Source: Syntrophaceae bacterium UBA7520 (GTDB taxonomy: Bacteria; Desulfobacterota; Syntrophia; Syntrophales; Smithellaceae). Taken from it: a stretch of 64,000 bases of DNA. Below are positions 22,584 through 31,516 of this stretch, piece by piece. Positions within the stretch are counted from its first letter, which is position 1. Every line of letters begins with the position of its first letter. The DNA lies in NCBI GenBank assembly GCA_002478265.1, contig DLNC01000019.1:2866-66865 (forward strand). The letters run 5' to 3'. Under the pieces are notes generated by a model. That model searched no databases and had not been told where the DNA came from. It was given only the letters and a program-made list of their open reading frames with translations. Made by a program: the position numbers and the translations under genes.

Positions 22584-23183
22584 ATGGCCAGAAAAGCAAA
22601 AATAGTCCGCAAAACGAAAGAAACGGATATCCAGGTAGAAATTGACCTGGACAAAAAAGCCGGCAGCAGGATTTCGACCTCAATTCCCTTTTTCGATCAT
22701 ATGCTGGAACTCTTTGCCAAACACGGATTTTTCCAGCTTATGGTAAAAGGCAAGGGAGACACGCATATTGACGACCATCATCTGGTGGAAGACATGGGCA
22801 TTTGCCTGGGACAGGCGCTGGGAAAAGCGCTGGGGAAAAAGACCGGCATCAGCCGCTACGGGTCGGCCTGCGTGCCGATGGACGAGTGCCTCTGCCGCGT
22901 GGATCTGGATATTTCCGGACGCCCCTACCTTATCTACAACGTAAAATACGCGCGGCGCAAAATCGGCGGTTTTGATCCCGCCCTGATTAAAGAATTTTTC
23001 AAAGCGTTCACCGATCACAGCGGGATAACGCTGCACATAAACCTGTTATACGGAAACAACAGCCACCATATTATTGAAGCGGTGTTTAAAGCTTTCGCGC
23101 GGGCGCTCAGAAAAGCGGTAAATAAAAACAAGAACATCAGCGGCGTTCTCTCCACTAAGGGAAGCATAGAAAAAGCGAGGTAA
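22584..23183 (+). CDS. hisB: imidazoleglycerol-phosphate dehydratase
   Basis: 199 aa. Motifs DDHHLVEDMGI and NSHHIIEAVFKAFARAL. Confidence 0.93.
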   Translation: MARKAKIVRKTKETDIQVEIDLDKKAGSRISTSIPFFDHMLELFAKHGFFQLMVKGKGDTHIDDHHLVEDMGICLGQALGKALGKKTGISRYGSACVPMDECLCRVDLDISGRPYLIYNVKYARRKIGGFDPALIKEFFKAFTDHSGITLHINLLYGNNSHHIIEAVFKAFARALRKAVNKNKNISGVLSTKGSIEKAR

Positions 23184-23188
23184 ATAAA

Positions 23189-23875
23189 ATGTCTAATCAC
23201 AGTGAAAAGAAAATGAATCGGCTGGCCGTGTTTTTTCTGACTGTCTTTTTGGCTATGCCTTTAAACGCCCAGGCCGAAGAAAAAACGCAGCAAAGCGTCA
23301 AGTCTTCCGTGGTGGTGGGTGTCGTTTCCTTTCAGGCGATGATTCCGGATAATAATCTGGAAAACACGGTTATCTGCCCGCTGTGCACGGCGGCTTATTC
23401 CACAGGCAGAATTCAAGAAGGCGCGGAAAAAATAATCGAAGATATCTTCACCAGTAAATTGGGTGAGTTCAAAGAAGTGCGCCTGATACCCCAGGATAGG
23501 GTGCAGGGAATCTACAGAAGGGTCTCCTCCGAATCTTTCCGAAAACCATTTTTAGATGTCTTGAAAAAAACCGGCCAGGAACTGGGAGCGGATATTTTGG
23601 CCGTGGGGTATATTTATCGCTATGTGGAAAGAGTGGGTTACGATTATTCCGTGAAAAGCCCCGCTTCCGTCGCCTTTGAAATCTATCTGGTAAACGCAGC
23701 AGACGGAAGCATCATGTGGAGAGGCATCTTTGACAAAACACAAAAATCACTGATGGAAGATCTTTTCCAGATATCTTCGTTTCTTAGAGGCGGCGGAAAA
23801 TGGCTAACCGCCCAGCAGCTTTCCCGGCAAGGGATGGATGAAATATTTAAAAAATTCCCCGGCTTTGTGCGTTAA
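23189..23875 (+). CDS. secreted hypothetical protein embedded in the his cluster
   Basis: 228 aa. GAGG RBS. Signal peptide LAVFFLTVFLAMPLNAQA. No family recognised with confidence. Confidence 0.6.
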   Translation: MSNHSEKKMNRLAVFFLTVFLAMPLNAQAEEKTQQSVKSSVVVGVVSFQAMIPDNNLENTVICPLCTAAYSTGRIQEGAEKIIEDIFTSKLGEFKEVRLIPQDRVQGIYRRVSSESFRKPFLDVLKKTGQELGADILAVGYIYRYVERVGYDYSVKSPASVAFEIYLVNAADGSIMWRGIFDKTQKSLMEDLFQISSFLRGGGKWLTAQQLSRQGMDEIFKKFPGFVR

Positions 23876-23961
23876 TAATTGCCATTTTCGCAGCAAAAGC
23901 TTTTTTGTTTAACCGAATTAATCCTGATTTCGCGTATTTTTTACCATGGAGTGTGTTTAAA

Positions 23962-24690
23962 TTGATTATCATCCCCGCAATTGACATCAAGGGCGGAAAA
24001 TGCGTGCGTCTCGCCCAGGGTGATTTTGAACGCGTCACCATCTACGCCGACAACCCTCCGGAAATGGCGCAAAACTGGGCGCAAAAGGGAGCGGAGCTGA
24101 TCCATGTCGTCGATCTGGACGGCTCAGTGGCGGGTTTCCCCAAAAACGCCCCCGCCGTCATCGAAATTGTCAAACGGCTGAATAATGTCCCCGTACAAAT
24201 CGGCGGCGGCATCAGAGATATGCAGACCATCGACTTCTACCTGCAAAACGGCGTGGCAGCGGTAATTCTCGGCACGGCGGCGCTGCAAAATGAAGAAATA
24301 ATTTTCCAGGCGGGCAGTAAATACCCGGGGGAAATTATTTTGGGGATAGACGCTCTCGACGGCAAAGTATCCGTGGAAGGATGGAAACGAAAAACAAACG
24401 AAGACGCGACAACGCTGGCCCGGCGCTTCGAAAACTGCGGCTTGAAAGCCATCGTCTACACCGACATCAAGCGCGACGGGATGGAAACAGGCGTAAACAT
24501 CGAAGCAACGCGGGCACTGGCTGAAGCAGTGCGAGTACCGGTCATTGCCTCCGGCGGCGTCGCTTCAATTAAAGACATTGAAAAACTAAAGGCTATAGAA
24601 AACTGTGGCATCTGCGGCGTGATTATCGGACGCGCTCTTTACACCGGAGCGATTAAACTGGAAGACGCGATTAAAGCGGCCGCCGCGTAA
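23962..24690 (+). CDS. hisA: ProFAR isomerase HisA
   Basis: Motifs IIIPAIDIKGGKCVRL, VQIGGGIR and IASGGV. Start uncertain: TTG 23962 gives the canonical M-IIIPAID N-terminus, while the ORF is open from 23905. Confidence 0.88.
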   Translation: MIIIPAIDIKGGKCVRLAQGDFERVTIYADNPPEMAQNWAQKGAELIHVVDLDGSVAGFPKNAPAVIEIVKRLNNVPVQIGGGIRDMQTIDFYLQNGVAAVILGTAALQNEEIIFQAGSKYPGEIILGIDALDGKVSVEGWKRKTNEDATTLARRFENCGLKAIVYTDIKRDGMETGVNIEATRALAEAVRVPVIASGGVASIKDIEKLKAIENCGICGVIIGRALYTGAIKLEDAIKAAAA

Positions 24691-24720
24691 GACAGGGGAA
24701 AACGAAGGAGGAAAGCGATC

Positions 24721-25065
24721 ATGGAAGATTGTGTTTTTTGCAAAATTGTCGCGGGAAAAATTCCCTGCAGTAAAGTTTATGAAGATGAAAAAGTGCTGGC
24801 GTTCGACGACATTCAGCCCATGGCGCCCGTGCATGTTATCATCATTCCCAAGGAGCATATTCCAACCTTGATGGATGTTGCCCCCGAAAGAAAAGATGTC
24901 GCTGCCGACCTTTACGTCGCCGCGCAAAAGGTGGCACAAATAAAAAAAATCGCCGCGCGTGGTTTCCGCACTGTGGTAAACTGCAACACGGAAGGCGGGC
25001 AGGTGGTGTTTCATCTGCACATGCATCTGCTGGGCGGCAAAAAACTGCAAGACCAGCTCGGCTGA
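24721..25065 (+). CDS. HIT family (HinT-like) nucleotide hydrolase
   Basis: 114 aa. CVFCKIV and the histidine triad HLHMHLLGG. Confidence 0.9.
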   Translation: MEDCVFCKIVAGKIPCSKVYEDEKVLAFDDIQPMAPVHVIIIPKEHIPTLMDVAPERKDVAADLYVAAQKVAQIKKIAARGFRTVVNCNTEGGQVVFHLHMHLLGGKKLQDQLG

Positions 25066-25081
25066 AATTCAGGAGAAAAAT

Positions 25082-25531
25082 ATGGACATCAACACAAAAC
25101 TAAACGAAGAAATGGTTGCGGCCACCAAGGCTAAAGATAAAATCAGGCTTTCCGCCATCCGCCTGCTGAAAACGGCCGTGCACAACAAAGAAATAGATTT
25201 AATGCGGCCGCTCAACGAAACGGAGTTTATGCAGCTTCTTTCCGCGATGGTTAAGCAGAGAAAGGATTCCATCGAGCAGTTTGCCAAAGGCGGCAGAACT
25301 GATCTGGTGGAAAAGGAAGAAGCGGAGCTTAAAGTCGTGCAGGAGTTTCTACCCGCGCAGATGACGGACGAAGAGCTGGAAAATACAATCAAAAAAGCCA
25401 TTGCCGAGGCTCAAGCGGCATCCGTCAAGGACATGGGCAAAGTGATGAAAATACTGATGCCGCAGATCACCGGCAAGGCTGACGCCAAGACCGTGGGTGA
25501 AAAAGTTAAGGCGCTTTTATCCTTATATTAA
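25082..25531 (+). CDS. GatB/YqeY domain protein
   Basis: 149 aa. Contains RLSAIRLLKTAV...KQRKDSIEQF...GRTDLVEKEEAEL and MGKVMK. Confidence 0.85.
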   Translation: MDINTKLNEEMVAATKAKDKIRLSAIRLLKTAVHNKEIDLMRPLNETEFMQLLSAMVKQRKDSIEQFAKGGRTDLVEKEEAELKVVQEFLPAQMTDEELENTIKKAIAEAQAASVKDMGKVMKILMPQITGKADAKTVGEKVKALLSLY

Positions 25532-25578
25532 TAACACAAAAGCCCTAAATAAAAAAATGGGCTCAAGGAAAGCATTAC

Positions 25579-27330
25579 GTGCGCTTTGACGACAGCAAAA
25601 TCGAAGAAATCAAAAGTCGGGTGGATATTGTCGAATTGGCTTCCGAATACCTGACGCTGAAAAAGGCGGGACGCAACTTTGTCGGCCTTTGCCCCTTTCA
25701 TCAGGAAAAAACGCCTTCTTTCACGCTGAACAGGGAAAAACAGATATTTTACTGTTTCGGCTGCGGACAGGGAGGCAATGTCATCACCTTTCTGATGAAA
25801 ATAGCCGGAAAAACATTCCCTGAAGCGATCAAGGATTTGGCGCAGAAAGCGGGCGTGATTCTACCGCCGCGCGTGACCGACAAGGAAAGCCGGGAACGCG
25901 AAACGCTGAGAGAAAAAATAACTTCTCTTAATCTGCGGGCGGCGCAACAGTTCGCCCGCAATCTCCAGGCGCCCTCGGGAAAAGAGGCGCGCCTTTATCT
26001 GCAGGAGAGAAGCATTTCCGAAGAGACTATCAGGAAATTTCGTCTTGGTTACGCTCCGGATAGCTGGAATGCCCTGGCTGATTATCTCGAGGGAAGCGGG
26101 CTTTCACTGAAGCTTGCCGAACAGGCGGGACTGGTAATCACCGGCAAGGACGGGCGTTTTTACGATCGCTTCCGCGGCCGGTTGATTTTTCCCATCGAAA
26201 ACGTATCCGGCGAAGTGATTGCCTTCGGCGGAAGAATCTTGGGCAAAGGCGAGCCGAAATACCTGAACTCCCCGGAATCGCCCGTTTATATCAAAGGAAA
26301 AAATCTATACGGACTTAATAAAACGAAAGAAGAAATCCGCCGGAAAGGCTTCGCTATTATTGTCGAGGGCTATTTCGATTTAATCTCGCTGGTCAATGCC
26401 GGCGTGGGCAATGTCGTGGCGACACTGGGCACGGCGCTTACCAGGGAACATCTGGAACTGCTGCACCGTTACACCACGGATATCGTCGCGCTGTTTGACC
26501 CTGATGAGGCCGGGAAAAAAGCTTTGAATCGCAGTCTCGATCTTTTCCTGGAAATGCGCATGAAGGCGCGCGCGCTAATTCTGCCGGACGGGCACGATCC
26601 GGACGATTACGTAAAAAAGTTCGGTCCGGATAAACTGGAAGAGATGATTTCTCACGCTCAGCCCCTGAGTGATTATTATATCGAAAATGTCATCGGCGGC
26701 GGCGCGACCTATGAAGACAAGAGGGAAATGATCAGAAGAGCAATGGAATTCATTGGGAAGATCAGCGACCAGAAGGAAAAAGCGCTTTTTATCAAACGCG
26801 TCGCGGAAAAAACGGGCATAAATGAAGATTTGCTTATAAAAGCGCTGCCGCGGGAAAAAACCGCAAGCGCCAAAACAAAGCTTCCGCTTAATATTGATGC
26901 TGACACGGTGGAAATGCACTTGATACAGCTGCTGCTTGAGTACCCCAAAAAAATAATTCAAATTGAAGAGGAAAGCATCCTTAATTATTTCCTGCAGCCG
27001 CGCCTCAAATCCTTAGGCAAAAAAATAATCGAGATGTATAATGAACAAGGATTTGTCGATATCGGGGTTATTCTGGGGGGGGATGAAGACGCGCCCCTGC
27101 GCGAGAGGATTTTTCAGGCCATGATTAAGGCGTTGCCGGCCGATGCCGTCATGCTGGAAAAAGTATTTTCGGATAACTTAAGACAAATCAAGAAAAAATG
27201 GTTTAAGGAACAGCATCGCCAGATTAAGCTGCGGCTCGGCAAGGCCCAGGAAAGCGGCAATGACGACCTGATAAATGAGCTTTTACGCGAAAAAGAACAC
27301 TTGCTAATGGAAGAAAAAGAATTAAATTAA
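25579..27330 (+). CDS. dnaG: DNA primase
   Basis: 583 aa, GTG start. Zinc ribbon CPFHQEKTPSF...CFGCGQGGN. TOPRIM region IIVEGYFDLISL. Confidence 0.95.
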   Translation: MRFDDSKIEEIKSRVDIVELASEYLTLKKAGRNFVGLCPFHQEKTPSFTLNREKQIFYCFGCGQGGNVITFLMKIAGKTFPEAIKDLAQKAGVILPPRVTDKESRERETLREKITSLNLRAAQQFARNLQAPSGKEARLYLQERSISEETIRKFRLGYAPDSWNALADYLEGSGLSLKLAEQAGLVITGKDGRFYDRFRGRLIFPIENVSGEVIAFGGRILGKGEPKYLNSPESPVYIKGKNLYGLNKTKEEIRRKGFAIIVEGYFDLISLVNAGVGNVVATLGTALTREHLELLHRYTTDIVALFDPDEAGKKALNRSLDLFLEMRMKARALILPDGHDPDDYVKKFGPDKLEEMISHAQPLSDYYIENVIGGGATYEDKREMIRRAMEFIGKISDQKEKALFIKRVAEKTGINEDLLIKALPREKTASAKTKLPLNIDADTVEMHLIQLLLEYPKKIIQIEEESILNYFLQPRLKSLGKKIIEMYNEQGFVDIGVILGGDEDAPLRERIFQAMIKALPADAVMLEKVFSDNLRQIKKKWFKEQHRQIKLRLGKAQESGNDDLINELLREKEHLLMEEKELN

Positions 27331-27357
27331 TGCGATATAAAATCCCGGAGAGAGACC

Positions 27358-29106
27358 ATGTCCAAAGAACTGCAGTCTGAAGAATTCAAAAAATTACTAA
27401 TGCTAGGAGAGGAAAAAGGTTTTTTAACCTATGACGACGTCAATGATATCCTACCGCCGGATGTGACCTCCTCGGACCAAATAGATGATATTATTATGCT
27501 ATTTGGCGAAAAGAACATCGACATCATCGACACGGAACAGGGCGAAAAACTCATGGTAAAAAAGCCCGCCGAGGACGCGGCTCCTTCCAAGTTATCCGAA
27601 GCGCTGGCCCTCATACCGGCCGCGGGCAAGACCGGAGACCCCGTTAAAATGTATCTGCGCGAGATGGGCATGGTTTCGCTCTTAAGTCGCGAGGGCGAGG
27701 TGGAAATAGCCAAAAAAATTGAAGAAGGCGCGCGCGAAACGATGTCAGCGATTTTCCGCCTGCCCATTTCCATAAGCGAGGTTTTAAGCATCGGTGAAAA
27801 GCTGCAAAGCGGCGAAATCCGTGTAAAGAATGTCGTGGATAATATCGAAGATGAAGAAGGATTCGTGGAAGAAGACGAACACCGCGACCGGGTTTTAAAA
27901 CTGATTTCCCGCATCAAACTATTCAACGACCGAAATAACGTTCTGCACAACAGACTCAAAGCAAAAGGCATCAGCGCCAAACAGCGCGAAGCAATGACCT
28001 CCGAGCTGGAAAAAAACACGCGGTTTATCGTCACGTTGTGCCGGAAAATCCGCTTCAGTAAAAAACAGATAAATCGTTTCACTTCCCGGCTGCGTTACTT
28101 TAACGAAGAAATAGAAAACGCTGAAAGGGTTATCAACCAGTACAAAAAACAAACGAAATTAAATCTGGCGCAACTGGAAAAAGCCTGGGCAAAAATGAAA
28201 AGGTCAAAGGCTGACGAAAAAAAAGCGGCCCGGGAAAGCCGCGTCTCCGTGGAACTCTTAAAAAGGAGCAAGGTGGACATTGACGAAGCCCACAAGAAGA
28301 TTAAACAGATCGTCCGCGAAGCGGGCATTCCGGCGGCAACCCTAAAAACAGTGGTTAAATCGATCGAAGAAGGCGAGCGCAAGGCCGATATCGCGCAGCG
28401 AAAACTGGTGGAGGCAAACCTAAGGCTGGTGGTGAGCATCGCCAAAAAATACACCAATCGCGGCCTGCAATTTTTGGATTTGATTCAGGAAGGCAATATC
28501 GGCCTGATGAAGGCCGTGGACAAATTCGAGTATCAGCGCGGCTATAAGTTTTCCACGTACGCGACATGGTGGATCAGGCAGGCCATCACCCGCGCCATCG
28601 CGGATCAGGCGCGCACAATCAGAATTCCCGTGCACATGATTGAAACAATCAATAAGCTGATTCGCACTTCCCGCTATCTCGTTCAGGAGCTTGGTCGCGA
28701 ACCCACGCCGGAAGAAATCGCCAACAAGATGGAATATCCGCTGGAAAAGGTTAGAAAAGTGTTGAAAATCGCCAAAGAGCCGATCTCTCTGGAAACGCCC
28801 ATCGGCGAAGAAGAGGACAGCCATCTTGGGGATTTTATCGAAGACAAGAGAATCATGTCTCCTTCCGAGGCGACCATCAGCATGGATCTAGCGGAACAAA
28901 CAAAGAAGATACTTTCGACGCTGACGCCGCGCGAAGAAAAGGTTCTGCGCATGCGCTTCGGCATCAGTGACAGGCTCAGCACACTTACTGAAGACTCAAG
29001 CGCGCTCAGCAGCCTGATCGAAAGCCTGGCCCAGGATACTGATGTTAAAGAACAGCCGGCGGCAAAAAAAACAAAGAAAAAACCGCGGAAGCGTGGCGGA
29101 AAATAG
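27358..29106 (+). CDS. rpoD: primary-type sigma-70 factor RpoD with aberrant C-terminus (region 4.2 not recognisable)
   Basis: 582 aa. Regions 1.1 to 4.1 are clear ([75 protein letters not shown]). The last 46 aa do not resemble the TLEEVG..VTRERIRQIE helix-turn-helix. Confidence 0.85.
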   Translation: MSKELQSEEFKKLLMLGEEKGFLTYDDVNDILPPDVTSSDQIDDIIMLFGEKNIDIIDTEQGEKLMVKKPAEDAAPSKLSEALALIPAAGKTGDPVKMYLREMGMVSLLSREGEVEIAKKIEEGARETMSAIFRLPISISEVLSIGEKLQSGEIRVKNVVDNIEDEEGFVEEDEHRDRVLKLISRIKLFNDRNNVLHNRLKAKGISAKQREAMTSELEKNTRFIVTLCRKIRFSKKQINRFTSRLRYFNEEIENAERVINQYKKQTKLNLAQLEKAWAKMKRSKADEKKAARESRVSVELLKRSKVDIDEAHKKIKQIVREAGIPAATLKTVVKSIEEGERKADIAQRKLVEANLRLVVSIAKKYTNRGLQFLDLIQEGNIGLMKAVDKFEYQRGYKFSTYATWWIRQAITRAIADQARTIRIPVHMIETINKLIRTSRYLVQELGREPTPEEIANKMEYPLEKVRKVLKIAKEPISLETPIGEEEDSHLGDFIEDKRIMSPSEATISMDLAEQTKKILSTLTPREEKVLRMRFGISDRLSTLTEDSSALSSLIESLAQDTDVKEQPAAKKTKKKPRKRGGK

Positions 29107-29170
29107 TATTGACAACCCGAATATTTATGTATATCAAGGCAAACCTTGAAAGACGTAAGGCGCTGTTACA

Positions 29171-29246
29171 GGGCCCATAGCTCAATTGGTAGAGCCACCG
29201 GCTCATAACCGGTAGGTCCCTGGTTCGATCCCAGGTGGGCCCACCA
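29171..29246 (+). tRNA. tRNA with CAT anticodon (elongator Met, or Ile2 if lysidine-modified)
   Basis: 76 nt cloverleaf: GGGCCCA/TGGGCCC acceptor, GCTC-AATTGGTA-GAGC D arm, ACCGG-CTCATAA-CCGGT anticodon arm, CCTGG-TTCGATC-CCAGG T arm, encoded CCA. G1-C72 pairing argues against an initiator. Confidence 0.93.
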
Positions 29247-29403
29247 ATCATGCCTGAAAGTAGCAAGGAAAATGAACAAAGAAATATTTCACATAGTGCA
29301 CGGAGAAGAAAGATCGCCATACGTCCGCGCATGCGCCGTGACGCAACAGGAATCTTCATCCACCCACGGCACAGCCAATACGGCAAATAAGCCAATTATA
29401 AAA

Positions 29404-29431
29404 ATGCACCCCTAAAAGGTGCATTTTTTTT
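29404..29431 (+). terminator. rho-independent terminator about 160 nt downstream of the tRNA
   Basis: Stem ATGCACC (29404-29410) / GGTGCAT (29418-29424) followed by T8. Confidence 0.8.
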
Positions 29432-29457
29432 ATTATGAAAATAGGGGGAGCAAGAAA

Positions 29458-30180
29458 TTGAGAGAGGATTTATCGTTATTAATCGAACTTCAGGAATGCG
29501 ATACGCGGCTGGTTAGTCTTTTGGCCAGCAAAAAAAATCTGCCGGAAAAAATGGCAAAGCTGGAGCAGGATTTTTTAGCTTTTAGGGAGAACATTGAGCA
29601 AAACAAAAGGAAATACGAAGAAATAAAAACCGCGCACGCGGCGAAAGAAAAGGAAATAAAAAAAATAAATGAGGGCATCGTAAAGGCCAAGGAGAGGCTG
29701 CTGGAAGTAAAAAACAACAAGGAATATCAGGCCATGCTCAAGGAAATTGAAACGGCTGAGGCCTCTCTGGGTGACGTTGAAACACAGGTAATCTCTCTTC
29801 TGGAAGAAATGGATAAACTCGCCGTCCTGGTGAAAAAAGACGAAGAAGTTCTAAACCAGCATAAGCGGCAATACGAAGAAGAAAAAAATAAGATACAGGC
29901 GGATATAGCATCAATTGACACGGACTTCACCGGCTGGGAGCAAAAAAGAAGCGCCCTGACCAATAAGGTGGACAGCCTACTTCTGGCGAAATATGAAAAA
30001 CTCAAAAAAAGAGGCAACGGTATCGGTGTCATTTCCGTTTGGAAGGCCGTCTGCAACGGCTGCCACATGAATATTCCGCCACAGCTGTATAACGAATTGC
30101 AAAGGTCAGCGGAGCTCTTGAGCTGCCCGAACTGCAACAGAATAATTTATTTTGAAAATAAGGAAAATCCATCTCATTGA
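29458..30180 (+). CDS. coiled-coil protein with C-terminal C4 zinc ribbon (COG1579/DUF164-like)
   Basis: TTG 29458 lies 8 nt after a GGGGGA RBS; the ORF from 29419 starts inside the terminator. Long heptad-rich region, then CNGCHMNIPPQ...CPNCNRI. Confidence 0.75.
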   Translation: MREDLSLLIELQECDTRLVSLLASKKNLPEKMAKLEQDFLAFRENIEQNKRKYEEIKTAHAAKEKEIKKINEGIVKAKERLLEVKNNKEYQAMLKEIETAEASLGDVETQVISLLEEMDKLAVLVKKDEEVLNQHKRQYEEEKNKIQADIASIDTDFTGWEQKRSALTNKVDSLLLAKYEKLKKRGNGIGVISVWKAVCNGCHMNIPPQLYNELQRSAELLSCPNCNRIIYFENKENPSH

Positions 30181-30587
30181 CCACACCCGAAACCTACAGA
30201 TTGTACACTGATGGCGCCTGTCGGGGAAATCCCGGCACGGGCGGCGCGGGAGCCGTAATCACGGATAACCGGGAAAACATCCTCTGGGAAGGAAAGCGAT
30301 ACCTGGGACACTGCACCAACAATATCGCCGAATACAAAGCTTTGATTTTAGGTCTGGAAGGCGCGCTGCAAAACGGATATAAAAACCTGGAAGTGTATCT
30401 TGACTCCGAGCTTCTCGCCCGTCAGGTTAACGGTTTATACAAAGTTAAGAATGAAAATCTAAAGGAATTAATGCGTCAGGTGCAAGCGCTGCTTGCATCT
30501 TTTGACAATATTCAGGTAAAACACGTCCCGCGCCGCCACAATGAACACGCCGACAGGCTGGCCAATCTGGCCATAGACCAACAATAA
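30177..30587 (+). CDS. ribonuclease HI family protein
   Basis: 136 aa. TTG start overlaps the upstream stop (TTGA). Contains YTDGACRGNPGTGGAG, NNIAEYKALILGLE, DSELLARQ and HNEHADRLAN (DEDD-type catalytic residues). Confidence 0.85.
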   Translation: MTTPETYRLYTDGACRGNPGTGGAGAVITDNRENILWEGKRYLGHCTNNIAEYKALILGLEGALQNGYKNLEVYLDSELLARQVNGLYKVKNENLKELMRQVQALLASFDNIQVKHVPRRHNEHADRLANLAIDQQ

Positions 30588-30654
30588 AGTATCAGCCACA
30601 AAAAACTGATAATTCCCGCCGCGATTATCGCTTGAATGAAAGAAGTGCAAATAT

Positions 30655-31011
30655 TTATCTGATGGAAATATTGATGGTCTGTTCTTTTTCCGGCGGTTTG
30701 TCTTTTTCCCAATCGCGCGCGTACTTGAAAACAATACTCGTCTCTCCCGCCTTGAGCGCCTTGAAGGTGAATAGCTGTTTTCCATCCGCGCCCAGACGCT
30801 GTGTCCTGTAGGGGATATATTCCGAGTTCACCAGTTCCAGCATGGTTTCATCCAGCGGCTCGGCCAGCTGCCACTGGTAGCCGGTGGACATATTGGCTCT
30901 CAGGGTAATGGTGAAATTGGTCCCTGCCTTGAATTGTATGGGCTTGGATTGCGCAAAACAAAATGGCGATAAAAATACCAACGCCATGCTGATAATTATT
31001 ATTTTTTTCAT
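30655..31011 (-). CDS. chagasin-family (I42) cysteine peptidase inhibitor, secreted
   Basis: 118 aa. Signal peptide. Motifs NMSTGYQW, LGADG and ARDWE align with the chagasin NPTTGY.W / GxGG / RPW loops. Confidence 0.75.
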   Translation of the reverse strand: MKKIIIISMALVFLSPFCFAQSKPIQFKAGTNFTITLRANMSTGYQWQLAEPLDETMLELVNSEYIPYRTQRLGADGKQLFTFKALKAGETSIVFKYARDWEKDKPPEKEQTINISIR

Positions 31012-31163
31012 GCTAGGTTACATACACGATATATCCTCTTATGTAAACCCATAAATGACAGACATGCTGCAACAAATAGATGCCGTTATCCGCCAATCAG
31101 GACGGATAATGGCATTTTGTTTAAAAAAATTAATTCTTCAGGGCTTTAGCGCGATTTATTCTT

Positions 31164-31505
31164 TTAACCTATGGCAACGCCTCCTCGCTCCGAAGAGCTG
31201 ATACGGATGCACTCATGCAAATCAATAATAAATATTTTACCATCTCCCACATCGCCTGTGCGCGCCCCTTTCGTTATGGCCGTAATGGTCGGCTCTACGA
31301 ACGCTTCATTTACAGCGATATCCAATCTGACTTTGCTGAGCAGCCCGCCTGCCTCTTTGGCGCCGCGATAAAACTGCGTCACGCCTTTTTGTCTGCCCTG
31401 CCCCAAAACATTGGAGACGGTCATAAGGTTTACGTTAACGGCTTCCAATTCTCTTTTCACCGCTTCCAGTTTGTGCGGCTGAATGATGGCAACAATTAAT
31501 TTCAT
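31164..31505 (-). CDS. glnK: P-II nitrogen regulatory protein (GlnK type, amt-linked)
   Basis: 113 aa. Aligns without gaps to GlnB/GlnK (GQGRQKG T-loop base, TGDVGDGKIFI). Follows amt by 11 nt. T-loop position 51 is Glu, not Tyr. Confidence 0.92.
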   Translation of the reverse strand: MKLIVAIIQPHKLEAVKRELEAVNVNLMTVSNVLGQGRQKGVTQFYRGAKEAGGLLSKVRLDIAVNEAFVEPTITAITKGARTGDVGDGKIFIIDLHECIRISSSERGGVAIG

Positions 31506-31516
31506 GTTTATTCCTC

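Noticed and set aside
29045-29395. 116-aa minus-strand ORF downstream of rpoD
   Set aside because: It runs straight through the tRNA gene and the rpoD 3' end, with no RBS or motifs.
29107-29450. Integrated mobile element at the tRNA gene
   Set aside because: No integrase, no repeat of the tRNA 3' end and no phage genes downstream; ordinary genes resume at 29458. Only the odd rpoD tail and the trailer remain, and these are reported as findings.
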